Sequence record: MT446416.1 | Length of the DNA stretch: 64,000 bases | Strand: one strand, 5' to 3' | Shown here: in pieces, positions 49,693-58,405 of the stretch | Numbering within the stretch: position 1 is the stretch's first letter | How the letters are laid out: the number at the start of each line of letters is the position of its first letter | Notes under the pieces: model-generated | Told to the model about the DNA's origin: nothing | Databases searched by the model: none | Seen by the model: the letters and a program-made list of their open reading frames with translations, nothing else | Position numbers and translations under genes: made by a program

Positions 49693-50499
49693 TTAGATTT
49701 TTGGTTGTGATTTTGGTAGTGGAGAGCGAGATTTAGAAGCAGTATTTTTTGGCTTCGCAACATCTTTCATTTCGCCACGAGCATTTTTACCTAGGTCTTC
49801 ATCAGTGTGAGACATAGCATCTTCGTTTTCAAAATCATAATCTACTTGTTTTTCGGAAGCTTTAGCGAATTTCACTGGAGCAACACCTTGAACTGGAGAT
49901 TTAGCTTCTGGAGCAACTGGAGACTTGGTATTAACGCCAGCTTTTTCTTTCTTATCAACCGCAGCAACTTGCTTAAGTTTGAAAGACTCACCAACTTTCT
50001 CATCACCGAATTGTACATCAGCAAATTCGTCTTCAGATTCTTCACCATCAGCACCAACTTCAACTTCGTCTTCAGAACCTAGGTCAACTTCATCACCGCC
50101 GATTTCGTCAAACATTTGTTGTAGGCCACGGAAAGCATCTTGAATAGATTCCCATTGGTCTTCGGAAGGAACTTCTGCACCAACTTCTGCTTCAGCGTCA
50201 ACTTCTTCGCCATCAGCATCAGCAGAGAATTCAACTTCTTCTTCTGCACTTTCATCTTCTTCACCTAGGGTGTATTCGATTTCAGCATTTAGACCTGCGT
50301 CGGGTTGAACATCAAAATCTTCGTCAAGTTTTTCTTCGTCTTTGACTTCACATTCTTCTTCGTCCATGCTTTCTTCTAGTTCTTTATTGATTTCTTGAGC
50401 TTGCTCAACAAAGTACTTACGCATTTTTTTATCAGCAACATCTTGTTCGCCGTTTGCAAACGCTTCAATTGCTTCTTGTAGTAGTTTTAAATTCGCCAT
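49693..50499 (-). CDS. acidic prohead core protein
   Basis: Extremely Glu/Asp-rich; between portal and protease, the gp67/68 position in T4. Confidence 0.6.
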   Translation of the reverse strand: MANLKLLQEAIEAFANGEQDVADKKMRKYFVEQAQEINKELEESMDEEECEVKDEEKLDEDFDVQPDAGLNAEIEYTLGEEDESAEEEVEFSADADGEEVDAEAEVGAEVPSEDQWESIQDAFRGLQQMFDEIGGDEVDLGSEDEVEVGADGEESEDEFADVQFGDEKVGESFKLKQVAAVDKKEKAGVNTKSPVAPEAKSPVQGVAPVKFAKASEKQVDYDFENEDAMSHTDEDLGKNARGEMKDVAKPKNTASKSRSPLPKSQPKI

Positions 50500-50599
50500 T
50501 ATATCCTCCATAGATATATTACATTCATATAAAGTATGATATTATTTAGTACTGAAAAATTTCGCCATTTTTAAAAGCTTTAAAAAGTGCGATTTTTGT

Positions 50600-50830
50600 T
50601 TACATTAATCCTGAACCATCACCGGATGGTGCTGCTGCTGCATAAACAACAGCGACAACATTTTTGCGTCGTTGTTCTTCATTAGCTTTAAATTCACGGT
50701 ACTTTCTTAAATTATTAAGTACTTGTAATGTTAGTTTTGGTTTTCTGGAATCAGTAATTTTATATACGTTCTGATCATCTTCAGGGTCGTATAAAGAATC
50801 ACTGCTAGATTCAAAGATGTCCTTTAACAT
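50600..50830 (-). CDS. small hypothetical protein
   Basis: RKPKLTLQVLNNLRK; follows the portal gene. Confidence 0.6.
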   Translation of the reverse strand: MLKDIFESSSDSLYDPEDDQNVYKITDSRKPKLTLQVLNNLRKYREFKANEEQRRKNVVAVVYAAAAPSGDGSGLM

Positions 50831-50903
50831 TTCATCTCCTTTGAATATGCATTATAATGAGGGCAACTAATGTACCCTCATTCTTATACATTGTTATTTA
50901 TGA

Positions 50904-52640
50904 TTAAAAAGAATCGCCTAAATTATTCGGGTTAAAACCTGCACTTCCTTGTTGTTCTTGGTATTCAGCATCGGCACTTTCTAAGTTACCGTCACCATCA
51001 ATACCCAAATCCATACCAGGATCGTTAGGAGCATCTATACCAACAGATTGCAACCCAGCAGCATCTTCTTCACCACTTGACGGAGCGGAACCATCTTGTG
51101 GATTTTCTTGGAGCCACATTTGCTCATTCTTAACAATATCAGCTTTAGAGAAGCCCATTTTTTCAAGAATAGTTTGTTTTGCCATATATGGCAGATCGTT
51201 AAGTGGGAGATAGGTGTTAATTAGTTTAGCATCTAGTTCCGCTTTACGATAAGAAGCCAAGTTAATAGGTGGATTCATAATTACTTCAAAAGATGAAGTA
51301 CTAATGTTATATCCATTTTTAACCATAAAACGTTTAAATTCTGCATCAAATAGTTTTGCAACCAAACGTTGATAACGCATACATTGGTTATTAAAACGTA
51401 ATTCACTTGCCATTGCTTGTGTTGCACCATCACCAAATAGTGATACACCACCATCATCTGGACCTTGCGGTAGATATGAAGCTGGGATTTGCAATCCACG
51501 AATCAATTTATTGTTGAAGTAACGCAAGTCATCAATCTGACCTAAGTTATCACCACCAGGAAGTGTTTGTACATCTGAACCACGACCTTCAGAAGTTTGT
51601 GGGAAGAAGTAATCTTCTAGAATACTTAATGGATTATATGCTGCATCCATTAGAGAAGTACTGCCACCTTTATTTGAAGGAATACGNNNNNNNNNNNNNN
51701 NNNNNNNNNNNNNNNNNNNNNNNNNNNNNNNNNNNNNNNNNNNNNNNNNNNNNNNNNNNNNNNNNNNNNNNNNNNNNNNNNNNNNNNNNNNNNNNNNNNN
51801 NNNNNNNNNNNNNNNNNNNNNNNNNNNNNNNNNNNNNNNNNCTTTGAAAACATCTTCAAGTATACTAGTACCGAAAGGCCAAACTCCATCTTGTCCTGTA
51901 TTTAGGGTTAGATGAATTACGTGTTCTGCACCAACTGGAATAACATCAAGACGACCGTTAGTACTGAATGGGTCAGCAGAGTTTCCTTGGTTAGTAAAGC
52001 CAGATGCACCACCTGCTGCCACTGAACCACCGCCACCTAATGTGGTAGGGATTGCACCAGGGTATGCAGTTTTATCAAATCCAACTTGTAAGTTACTAAA
52101 CACTTTATCTTTAAGATTCAAAGATACGTCACGAATATAATAAATTACAGGGGTTTTTCCGGTTGCTTCGTTAACGAATACTTGTTCAACGTTTTTTGGG
52201 CTTACCCAGTACCAGTCAAATGTTTCTGGGTCACGAATGAAGAATTGGTCACCGTATTTTAATAGGCCACGTACAATTTCATACATTCGGGTTTTAAAAT
52301 CATTTTGTTCAGTCCATGCATCCAAACGGTCTTCAATAGTAGAAACTTCGGTATCACCAATATCATCTTTGTATTTGATTTTATATGGAAGACCGAAATC
52401 TTCAGTACTTTGTGTACAGAAGTCAGCAATGATATTAAGTGCTGTTCTAATTTCAGGGTCTTGGTCCATCTGGTCATACTGACTATAACGTTCAGTACGG
52501 TTAGCTAAACCATTGTATACTACTGGAAGATAGGAAGCGAAATTTGATTTCGTTCCTATTGATTTGTTGCTATTACTGGACTGATTTGGGACGACCGATA
52601 ATTTCGATCTCCCCATTGTCATATGTCGTTTCCAACTCAT
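50904..52640 (-). CDS. gp20: Portal protein (gp20-like; spans N gap)
   Basis: YDQMDQDPEI, EDYFFPQTSEGRGSDVQTLPGGDNLGQIDDLRYF..KL.RGLQIP. Confidence 0.93.
   Translation of the reverse strand: MSWKRHMTMGRSKLSVVPNQSSNSNKSIGTKSNFASYLPVVYNGLANRTERYSQYDQMDQDPEIRTALNIIADFCTQSTEDFGLPYKIKYKDDIGDTEVSTIEDRLDAWTEQNDFKTRMYEIVRGLLKYGDQFFIRDPETFDWYWVSPKNVEQVFVNEATGKTPVIYYIRDVSLNLKDKVFSNLQVGFDKTAYPGAIPTTLGGGGSVAAGGASGFTNQGNSADPFSTNGRLDVIPVGAEHVIHLTLNTGQDGVWPFGTSILEDVFKXXXXXXXXXXXXXXXXXXXXXXXXXXXXXXXXXXXXXXXXXXXXXXXXXXXXRIPSNKGGSTSLMDAAYNPLSILEDYFFPQTSEGRGSDVQTLPGGDNLGQIDDLRYFNNKLIRGLQIPASYLPQGPDDGGVSLFGDGATQAMASELRFNNQCMRYQRLVAKLFDAEFKRFMVKNGYNISTSSFEVIMNPPINLASYRKAELDAKLINTYLPLNDLPYMAKQTILEKMGFSKADIVKNEQMWLQENPQDGSAPSSGEEDAAGLQSVGIDAPNDPGMDLGIDGDGNLESADAEYQEQQGSAGFNPNNLGDSF
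51687..51841. other. assembly gap (N run)
   Basis: 155 N inside the portal gene. Confidence 0.99.
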
Positions 52641-52652
52641 TATTGTTCGTCC

Positions 52653-54854
52653 TTAACTGTTTCTCTCACCTTGGGTGTTTTCAGAGATAGTTCTTAGATA
52701 ATTATTTGTCTGTTGTACAGCAGATAGTGATTGTTCATTAACATCGGCAAGCTTTTTGAGTATTTCTTTCATTTCATCAGAAATCGGTGCTGGTGGACCA
52801 GTTCTCGATGTCACTGCACTACCATTATTTATCATCTTCTTAATTGCCTCTGTATCGTCAGGTTTTGGTGGAACTGGTGGTTCACCTGGTGCCCATGCAG
52901 TTTTATCAAAATCTTTACGAGATACAGTTATTTCTGGAGCAACGTTATTTGTTTTTTCAATAACAGGGCGAATGCGTTCTACACCTGGACGGTTGAATAA
53001 ACTGTCAGCATAGTCAGATGGTAGTGGTGCTGGTTCTTTGTAGTTACGTGCGGTGTTCCATTTATTGAACTTATCCCACATTCCTGCAAAATAATCACTA
53101 ACACTATTTACTCCATTGTCAATGATGCTGTTTACGCTTTCTGCTGGGGTTTCAGTACTGTTATTGAGTTTTATCTCATTATCAGAACCACCACCGAACC
53201 AACTTTTAACAGAATTCCATAGGTTACCAGGTAAATCCATTAAGTTATTCATAAAGGTATCAAATGCTTCTGACACTTTAGTGTAACCTGAACCGAATAT
53301 ATCTGCACCCAATCCATCCAACCAAGCTGTAAATTCAGCACCAATACGATCAAGGTAAGCAATTGCATCTTTAGCAATAGGTACTAACCCAAATCCATCA
53401 AGAGCCAATTCCCCAATAAACTCCCATGCACCATCAGTTCTGTCTGCAATGTCAGAAAGATAATCCACAATTGAATTTTGTGTATTAGCATACATTATAT
53501 TAAATGGTTCAGTGAATTCTTTACTAATCCACATATTGAAGCGGTTGGTAAATTGAGTTAATTTATCAGCCGGATTATTTTGTGCAGCATTGAATCTGGA
53601 TTCTGCGGCTAGAAGTTCTTTAATTGCAGCAGCAGAAGCAGCCCCTTCAGAACCACGTTGTTGTTGATAATACAACTCCATTTCCAATTCACTTTTATTC
53701 TTCTTGGTATATTCCATTATTTTGCGTTGTAAATCAACGGAACTGGTCCCAGATCTAACAAGTTCAGAAACGTAATTACTAAGATCGAACAATTCAGGAG
53801 CTAATATATCATCAGGAAGTGCTCCAGTTGTGATTTTGGAGTTTACTATGCTTAGAAGTTTTGGTCCAAAGTCACCCATTGCTGCGGAAGCTTCAACTAT
53901 ATTCTTTGCCGCAGTTGCTGCTGCATCAGAAGTTAGTCCACCTACATGTTCAAGTGATATTGCAATTGATTTTGCGTCAAGTGAATCATCAAGAGAACTA
54001 GTTTTATTCAACAGTGAATCTACCGACTCACCCATTGCTTTACTGAAAGTGGTTATTGTTTTTATAAATTGTTCAGTACTGCGTTCTTGGTTAGAACGCT
54101 GTAGTAATTCTTTACCACCCAATATTTTTTGAACTTTAATATTCCTAGCAGTGAGATCAATTAGTGTTTTTTGAGATATGCCATATAAACCAAGTTCTTT
54201 CTGTGCAAGTTGGACATTACCAACTAAGTTTGCGAATGCCATTGTTCCATCGCCATACAACGCACCCAACTGGTTTACTGCTTGGGCATGAACTGACACT
54301 GCCTCAGAAAACTGATCAACACTCATCATCGCTGCACCAGCACCTTTCAGTACTGAACCATAACCTTCAGCCAATGCAACACCAGCACTGTTAATTCTGG
54401 TGTATACTTCCAATTGTGCATTAAGGGCATTGTATACAGCAAGACCAGCACCAGTAACGAGTTTAAATGCTGCTGCCGCTGCACCAATTGGACCTGGCAT
54501 CATTGCTAATGAACCAGCAAATGAGGATGCACTAACGCCTAATGAGTTTACTACAGTACTTACGTTGTTACTGGAGTTCATCATTGTTTTGCTTACATTA
54601 GAAACTTCAGAAGATAGTGATTTGAACAATTTACCAAATGCTTTCCCGTCATCGGCTTGTGCACTTCCACGAGTTCCACGATTACTGGAAGAACTGGAAC
54701 TGGAACCATTCTTTTTACTATTTGAACCTGATTTTTTCTTATCATTCTTTATATTTTCAGCTAATAACTCACGGATAGCAGTCAAACTATCATTGTTATC
54801 TTTAGTTTGATTAACCAACTGCTGTAGTAGGTAATCACTTGTATTGACAGCCAT
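52653..54854 (-). CDS. putative tape-measure/baseplate hub protein
   Basis: 733 aa, helical, Ala/Gly/Ser-rich; start ATG 54854; divergent from the gp26-like gene. Confidence 0.55.
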   Translation of the reverse strand: MAVNTSDYLLQQLVNQTKDNNDSLTAIRELLAENIKNDKKKSGSNSKKNGSSSSSSSNRGTRGSAQADDGKAFGKLFKSLSSEVSNVSKTMMNSSNNVSTVVNSLGVSASSFAGSLAMMPGPIGAAAAAFKLVTGAGLAVYNALNAQLEVYTRINSAGVALAEGYGSVLKGAGAAMMSVDQFSEAVSVHAQAVNQLGALYGDGTMAFANLVGNVQLAQKELGLYGISQKTLIDLTARNIKVQKILGGKELLQRSNQERSTEQFIKTITTFSKAMGESVDSLLNKTSSLDDSLDAKSIAISLEHVGGLTSDAAATAAKNIVEASAAMGDFGPKLLSIVNSKITTGALPDDILAPELFDLSNYVSELVRSGTSSVDLQRKIMEYTKKNKSELEMELYYQQQRGSEGAASAAAIKELLAAESRFNAAQNNPADKLTQFTNRFNMWISKEFTEPFNIMYANTQNSIVDYLSDIADRTDGAWEFIGELALDGFGLVPIAKDAIAYLDRIGAEFTAWLDGLGADIFGSGYTKVSEAFDTFMNNLMDLPGNLWNSVKSWFGGGSDNEIKLNNSTETPAESVNSIIDNGVNSVSDYFAGMWDKFNKWNTARNYKEPAPLPSDYADSLFNRPGVERIRPVIEKTNNVAPEITVSRKDFDKTAWAPGEPPVPPKPDDTEAIKKMINNGSAVTSRTGPPAPISDEMKEILKKLADVNEQSLSAVQQTNNYLRTISENTQGERNS

Positions 54855-54990
54855 AACATTCCCTTTTAATAGATGTATTATAGAAATATTTATGAATCTA
54901 TAACGAATAAAAAAGACCCATCTATAACATTTGTCCCATTTTTTGGTAATAAATACTACAGAGACATTTATTACATGGAGATTTAATAAA

Positions 54991-55827
54991 ATGGCAATGA
55001 ACCCACTAGCTAAGTATACTAAAATTGAAGAACTTGGTACAAAATTGGTCACAAATGGCGTGATTCCTTATAAAGAAGGAGTTCTTGGCTCTAAAGGTAT
55101 CAAATGTGGCATTTGTGCTCGTAGTGCACGTGATGAAATGACACTCAATACACCAGATATGCTTCTAAATGGTGATGCAATTGCTCGTGTTATTGAAAAC
55201 TGCGTACCTAACGTACTTGATGCAGATGAACTTTATGTAAATGACGTAGAGCTACTACTTATCGCTATTAAAGTAGCTTCTAAAGAAGAATCATATGATA
55301 TTAATGTGACATGCCCTGAATGTAACAAAGAAGGCCGTTTTGAGCGTAGCTTATCATATCTACTAGAAACAGCACAAACTTTCAGTGAAGTTCCTACTGT
55401 GCAATTGGATAATGGACTAAGTTTAGAGTTTAGACCACTTACTTGGAAGGAATATTCTAACTTCGCAGAAAGAATGTTTACAGAACAACAAAAAACTAAA
55501 TTCCTTGAAACTGCCGAAATGGAGCAGGAAGAAAAAGTTAAAGTGTTTGGTGAAGTATTTGAAAGTATGGCACAACTCAACTTTGATATGATCGCAGGAG
55601 TTATTGCTAAGGTAATTACACCTGAAGGTGATGAAGTAACTGAAAACGAATTCATTTCTGAATGGCTAGGTCAGCAGTCCAAAGGAACACTTAAAATAAT
55701 TCGTGAAAAAATGGATGAAGTACTTGAAATTGGTGTTTCCCATACTATGGAAGTTGAATGCAGTGACTGTAATCATCAATGGGAAATTAATGGACTGAAA
55801 TATGACCCAAGTCATTTTTTCGCATAA
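54991..55827 (+). CDS. gp26: Baseplate hub assembly chaperone (gp26-like)
   Basis: NPL.KY, DEMTLNTPD.LLNGDA..VIENC, LLIAIK.AS, CPEC..CSDC, ends HFFA. Confidence 0.75.
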   Translation: MAMNPLAKYTKIEELGTKLVTNGVIPYKEGVLGSKGIKCGICARSARDEMTLNTPDMLLNGDAIARVIENCVPNVLDADELYVNDVELLLIAIKVASKEESYDINVTCPECNKEGRFERSLSYLLETAQTFSEVPTVQLDNGLSLEFRPLTWKEYSNFAERMFTEQQKTKFLETAEMEQEEKVKVFGEVFESMAQLNFDMIAGVIAKVITPEGDEVTENEFISEWLGQQSKGTLKIIREKMDEVLEIGVSHTMEVECSDCNHQWEINGLKYDPSHFFA

Positions 55828-56036
55828 TGCTTCTCCACTCATCTCCTGAAGAAATACAAGAAGTACTTAAGGAATTTGAGTTGAATAAGTCAGATATTAA
55901 AACTGCATTAATGGAGTGTTCTGTTTATATGGAAAGTGTTGATTACGGAACACTACTTAATATGCCACTAATTGATAGAGACTTATTAGTTAAGTCTTTT
56001 AATAAGAAAATTAAAAAACAAAACGAGAAGCACTAA
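55827..56036 (+). CDS. gp51-like small protein (possibly a -1 frameshift extension of gp26)
   Basis: LLNMPLIDRDLLVK motif; TAATG overlap; T TTT TTC at 55815. Confidence 0.6.
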   Translation: MLLHSSPEEIQEVLKEFELNKSDIKTALMECSVYMESVDYGTLLNMPLIDRDLLVKSFNKKIKKQNEKH

Positions 56037-56045
56037 CTCACAAGG

Positions 56046-56075
56046 AGCCAGCACATTGTTGCTGGTTTTTTTTTT
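56046..56075 (+). terminator. intrinsic terminator
   Basis: CCAGCA/TGCTGG stem followed by T10. Confidence 0.8.
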
Positions 56076-56294
56076 GGTTTTAAACTACAGAATTGATTGA
56101 ATTGAATTTTGAAAGGAATTAATTATTTTATAGTGAACTCATCTAACTCATTTCATTCGTTAGCTGAAGAATATTCGTTACTACGTAACTCATATTCATT
56201 TCTTATAATTAATTATAAAGAACTTTAAAAGATTTAATACTTGACGGGATTTGTTGAAGACATTTTCATCCCCCCGCAGGGGAATGAAGACAAT

Positions 56295-56747
56295 AAAAAA
56301 GAGACAATTAAGTCTCTTAATTCTTGACGCTGATGGTTTCAGCATTTATTGTATTGCGAATTTCTTAAAATTCATTAAGAACGAAAGCGGGTTGCTCTGT
56401 TTCTCTCTATCGCAGTCATGTGCAACGGTCGTCAGTCTTAATCATCCTGACACTCACCTGAAAGTCTATACAATCAAACTTCAGGCTGTTTATTAAATCA
56501 CTTAATAAACTCCCTTAGCAAATCTGGTAAGGTGCGATCCTTATACATCTATCGAGGAACTCTCTGTATGCTTATCGGAGTTCTTTATTGAGCCGTGTCG
56601 CCGTGAGGGGTTCAAACTATGCCCACATCTAACGGGTTTCTTCTGCTCATCGCACTGTTGAACTGCTCATCTGCCATCTACATTTTCGATAGGATCAGGT
56701 TCTAATTTATATGCATTTCTGCATTCAACAGGATTGTCATCACTACA
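56295..56747 (-). ncRNA. candidate ~450 nt structured non-coding RNA
   Basis: Own promoter (56754-56782), terminator AAGAGAC/GTCTCTT plus T run (56295-56318), at least six hairpins, no minus-strand ORF of 60 aa or more. Confidence 0.55.
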
Positions 56748-56753
56748 ATTAAC

Positions 56754-56782
56754 ATTATAGCACCAAATTCAAAAGTGTCTCA
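56754..56782 (-). promoter_or_regulatory. promoter TGAGAC-N17-TATAAT firing into non-coding DNA
   Basis: Read directly. Confidence 0.7.
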
Positions 56783-56875
56783 CTATTATGGTAAAAAATT
56801 TATAAAAAGTACATAATTCTTGTTATCTGAAGTAACGCATAAATATTTTGATAAGAATTAGTTTAGTGGGGATTT

Positions 56876-57370
56876 ATGAAGAAAAGATTAAAAGATAGTA
56901 AAGAAGCTGCAAACTATCGAAATGAATTACTAAAGAAGCAAAAAGGAATTGATCCTATAATTAAGGAACCAATAACTAAGCCAGTACTTGATCACTATCA
57001 CTTCGAGAATCAACACTGTCGCGGGGTACTCCAGAATGAGATAAACGCCTTTGAGGGTAAGGTTTCCAACGCATGGAACCGATATGGAAAGCATTTAACT
57101 GATATGCCATTACATGAAGTACTAAGAAATCTGGCAGATTATCTTGAAAAGAACAATAACATTCCACCTGAAGAGCAAGTCATACATCACACTGCACTAA
57201 CTGTGGATGTTAATAAGTTTAAAAGGCTTCCAGCAACACAGCAAAACGCGATTCTGGAAGGGTTAGGAGTTGTCCCTGGTAGTAACGTCAAGGAGAGAAC
57301 TAAGCAAGCCAGAAGGCTCATTAAGGACGGTAAATTAAATATGGTAGATGTAAAAAGAGATACAAAATGA
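56876..57370 (+). CDS. gp49: Recombination endonuclease VII-like
   Basis: KKQKG...VLDHYH...RGVL...NAFEG aligns with T4 EndoVII; catalytic D, H, N, E kept. Confidence 0.72.
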   Translation: MKKRLKDSKEAANYRNELLKKQKGIDPIIKEPITKPVLDHYHFENQHCRGVLQNEINAFEGKVSNAWNRYGKHLTDMPLHEVLRNLADYLEKNNNIPPEEQVIHHTALTVDVNKFKRLPATQQNAILEGLGVVPGSNVKERTKQARRLIKDGKLNMVDVKRDTK

Positions 57371-58389
57371 AAATATCATTACCAAACGAAATAAACTTAA
57401 AACACATAAATTACAATACAAAAATGCCACAAGAATATTTTGATGATTTAAGTAAGAGATTATCAAAATATGACATTATTTTTAATGGATTTATAATTGA
57501 AGATGAATGGAAAGGTAATAACACGTTAACTTCTATAGAATGTGAAGGAAACCTCTACAACAACTATCGAATTAATAAATTATACAGATATATTAAACGT
57601 ATGGATACAAAAGGATATCAGAAACCTAAAGGTTTTAACTTAACCCCTGAACTATTGGTACAAAACGTCAACGATGAATGTATAAAACGTGGTGGTAAGA
57701 TTGAATTTATTGGTTATAAACAATTTAATGGTGCAAAAACATATTTGGAATTGAAATGTAATGATTTGGAATCACATGATGAACCATATGAGTGGTGTTC
57801 AACGATTTATGATAGTTTTGTCGGAAACAATAGACATTTGAATGGTTGTCATAAATGTTCAGGTAGATATCATTACACTATAGAAGAACTTAACAATAAT
57901 ATAAATTATTTTTGTGAAACACGTGGATTCGTAAACCCAGTATTGATAACTAATGAAACTATGAATGGTGTTAATAGTATTGTTTCATTCACCTGTCATT
58001 GTGGTGAGAAAGCAACGATGACATATGATAGTTTATCACGTGCTCGTTTTTGTATATTATGCAGCGAAGGTAGTTATAAACAATATATTCCTGGTTCATT
58101 GTATGTATTAGAAGTATATAAAAATGATAAACATGTGGCATATAAATTTGGTATATCAAACTATGTCCCAAAACGCCTCATGGAATATGGAAAATCTCCA
58201 TGTAATGTTAAGATTATTCATCAATATGATTTTGAAGATGGTTCTATTCCATATAAAATTGAAAATAAAATAAAAAACTCATTACCAATCAGATATCTTA
58301 CCAAAAATGAGTTCGGTGTAGGATATACAGAAACGATAGATACAACTTTATACGAAGATTTAATTAATATTATAAAAAAGGGAGCATAA
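57367..58389 (+). mobile_element. free-standing putative homing endonuclease (C-terminal GIY-YIG-like domain)
   Basis: CHKC, CHC, CILC; SLYVLE...YKFGISNYVPKR; IENKIK..GYTETI. Confidence 0.65.
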
Positions 58390-58400
58390 GCTCCCTTTTC
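58376..58400. terminator. bidirectional terminator between convergent genes
   Basis: AAAAGGGAGC-ATAA-GCTCCCTTTT. Confidence 0.8.
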
Positions 58401-58405
58401 TGTTA

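Noticed and set aside
56251-56496. 81 aa plus-strand ORF in the non-coding interval
   Set aside because: No SD, atypical composition, and it overlaps the hairpin-rich opposite-strand unit
56540-56600. CUCCGAU segment of the ncRNA as a UCCG anticodon for CGGA
   Set aside because: No cloverleaf, T-loop or acceptor stem around it; likely chance
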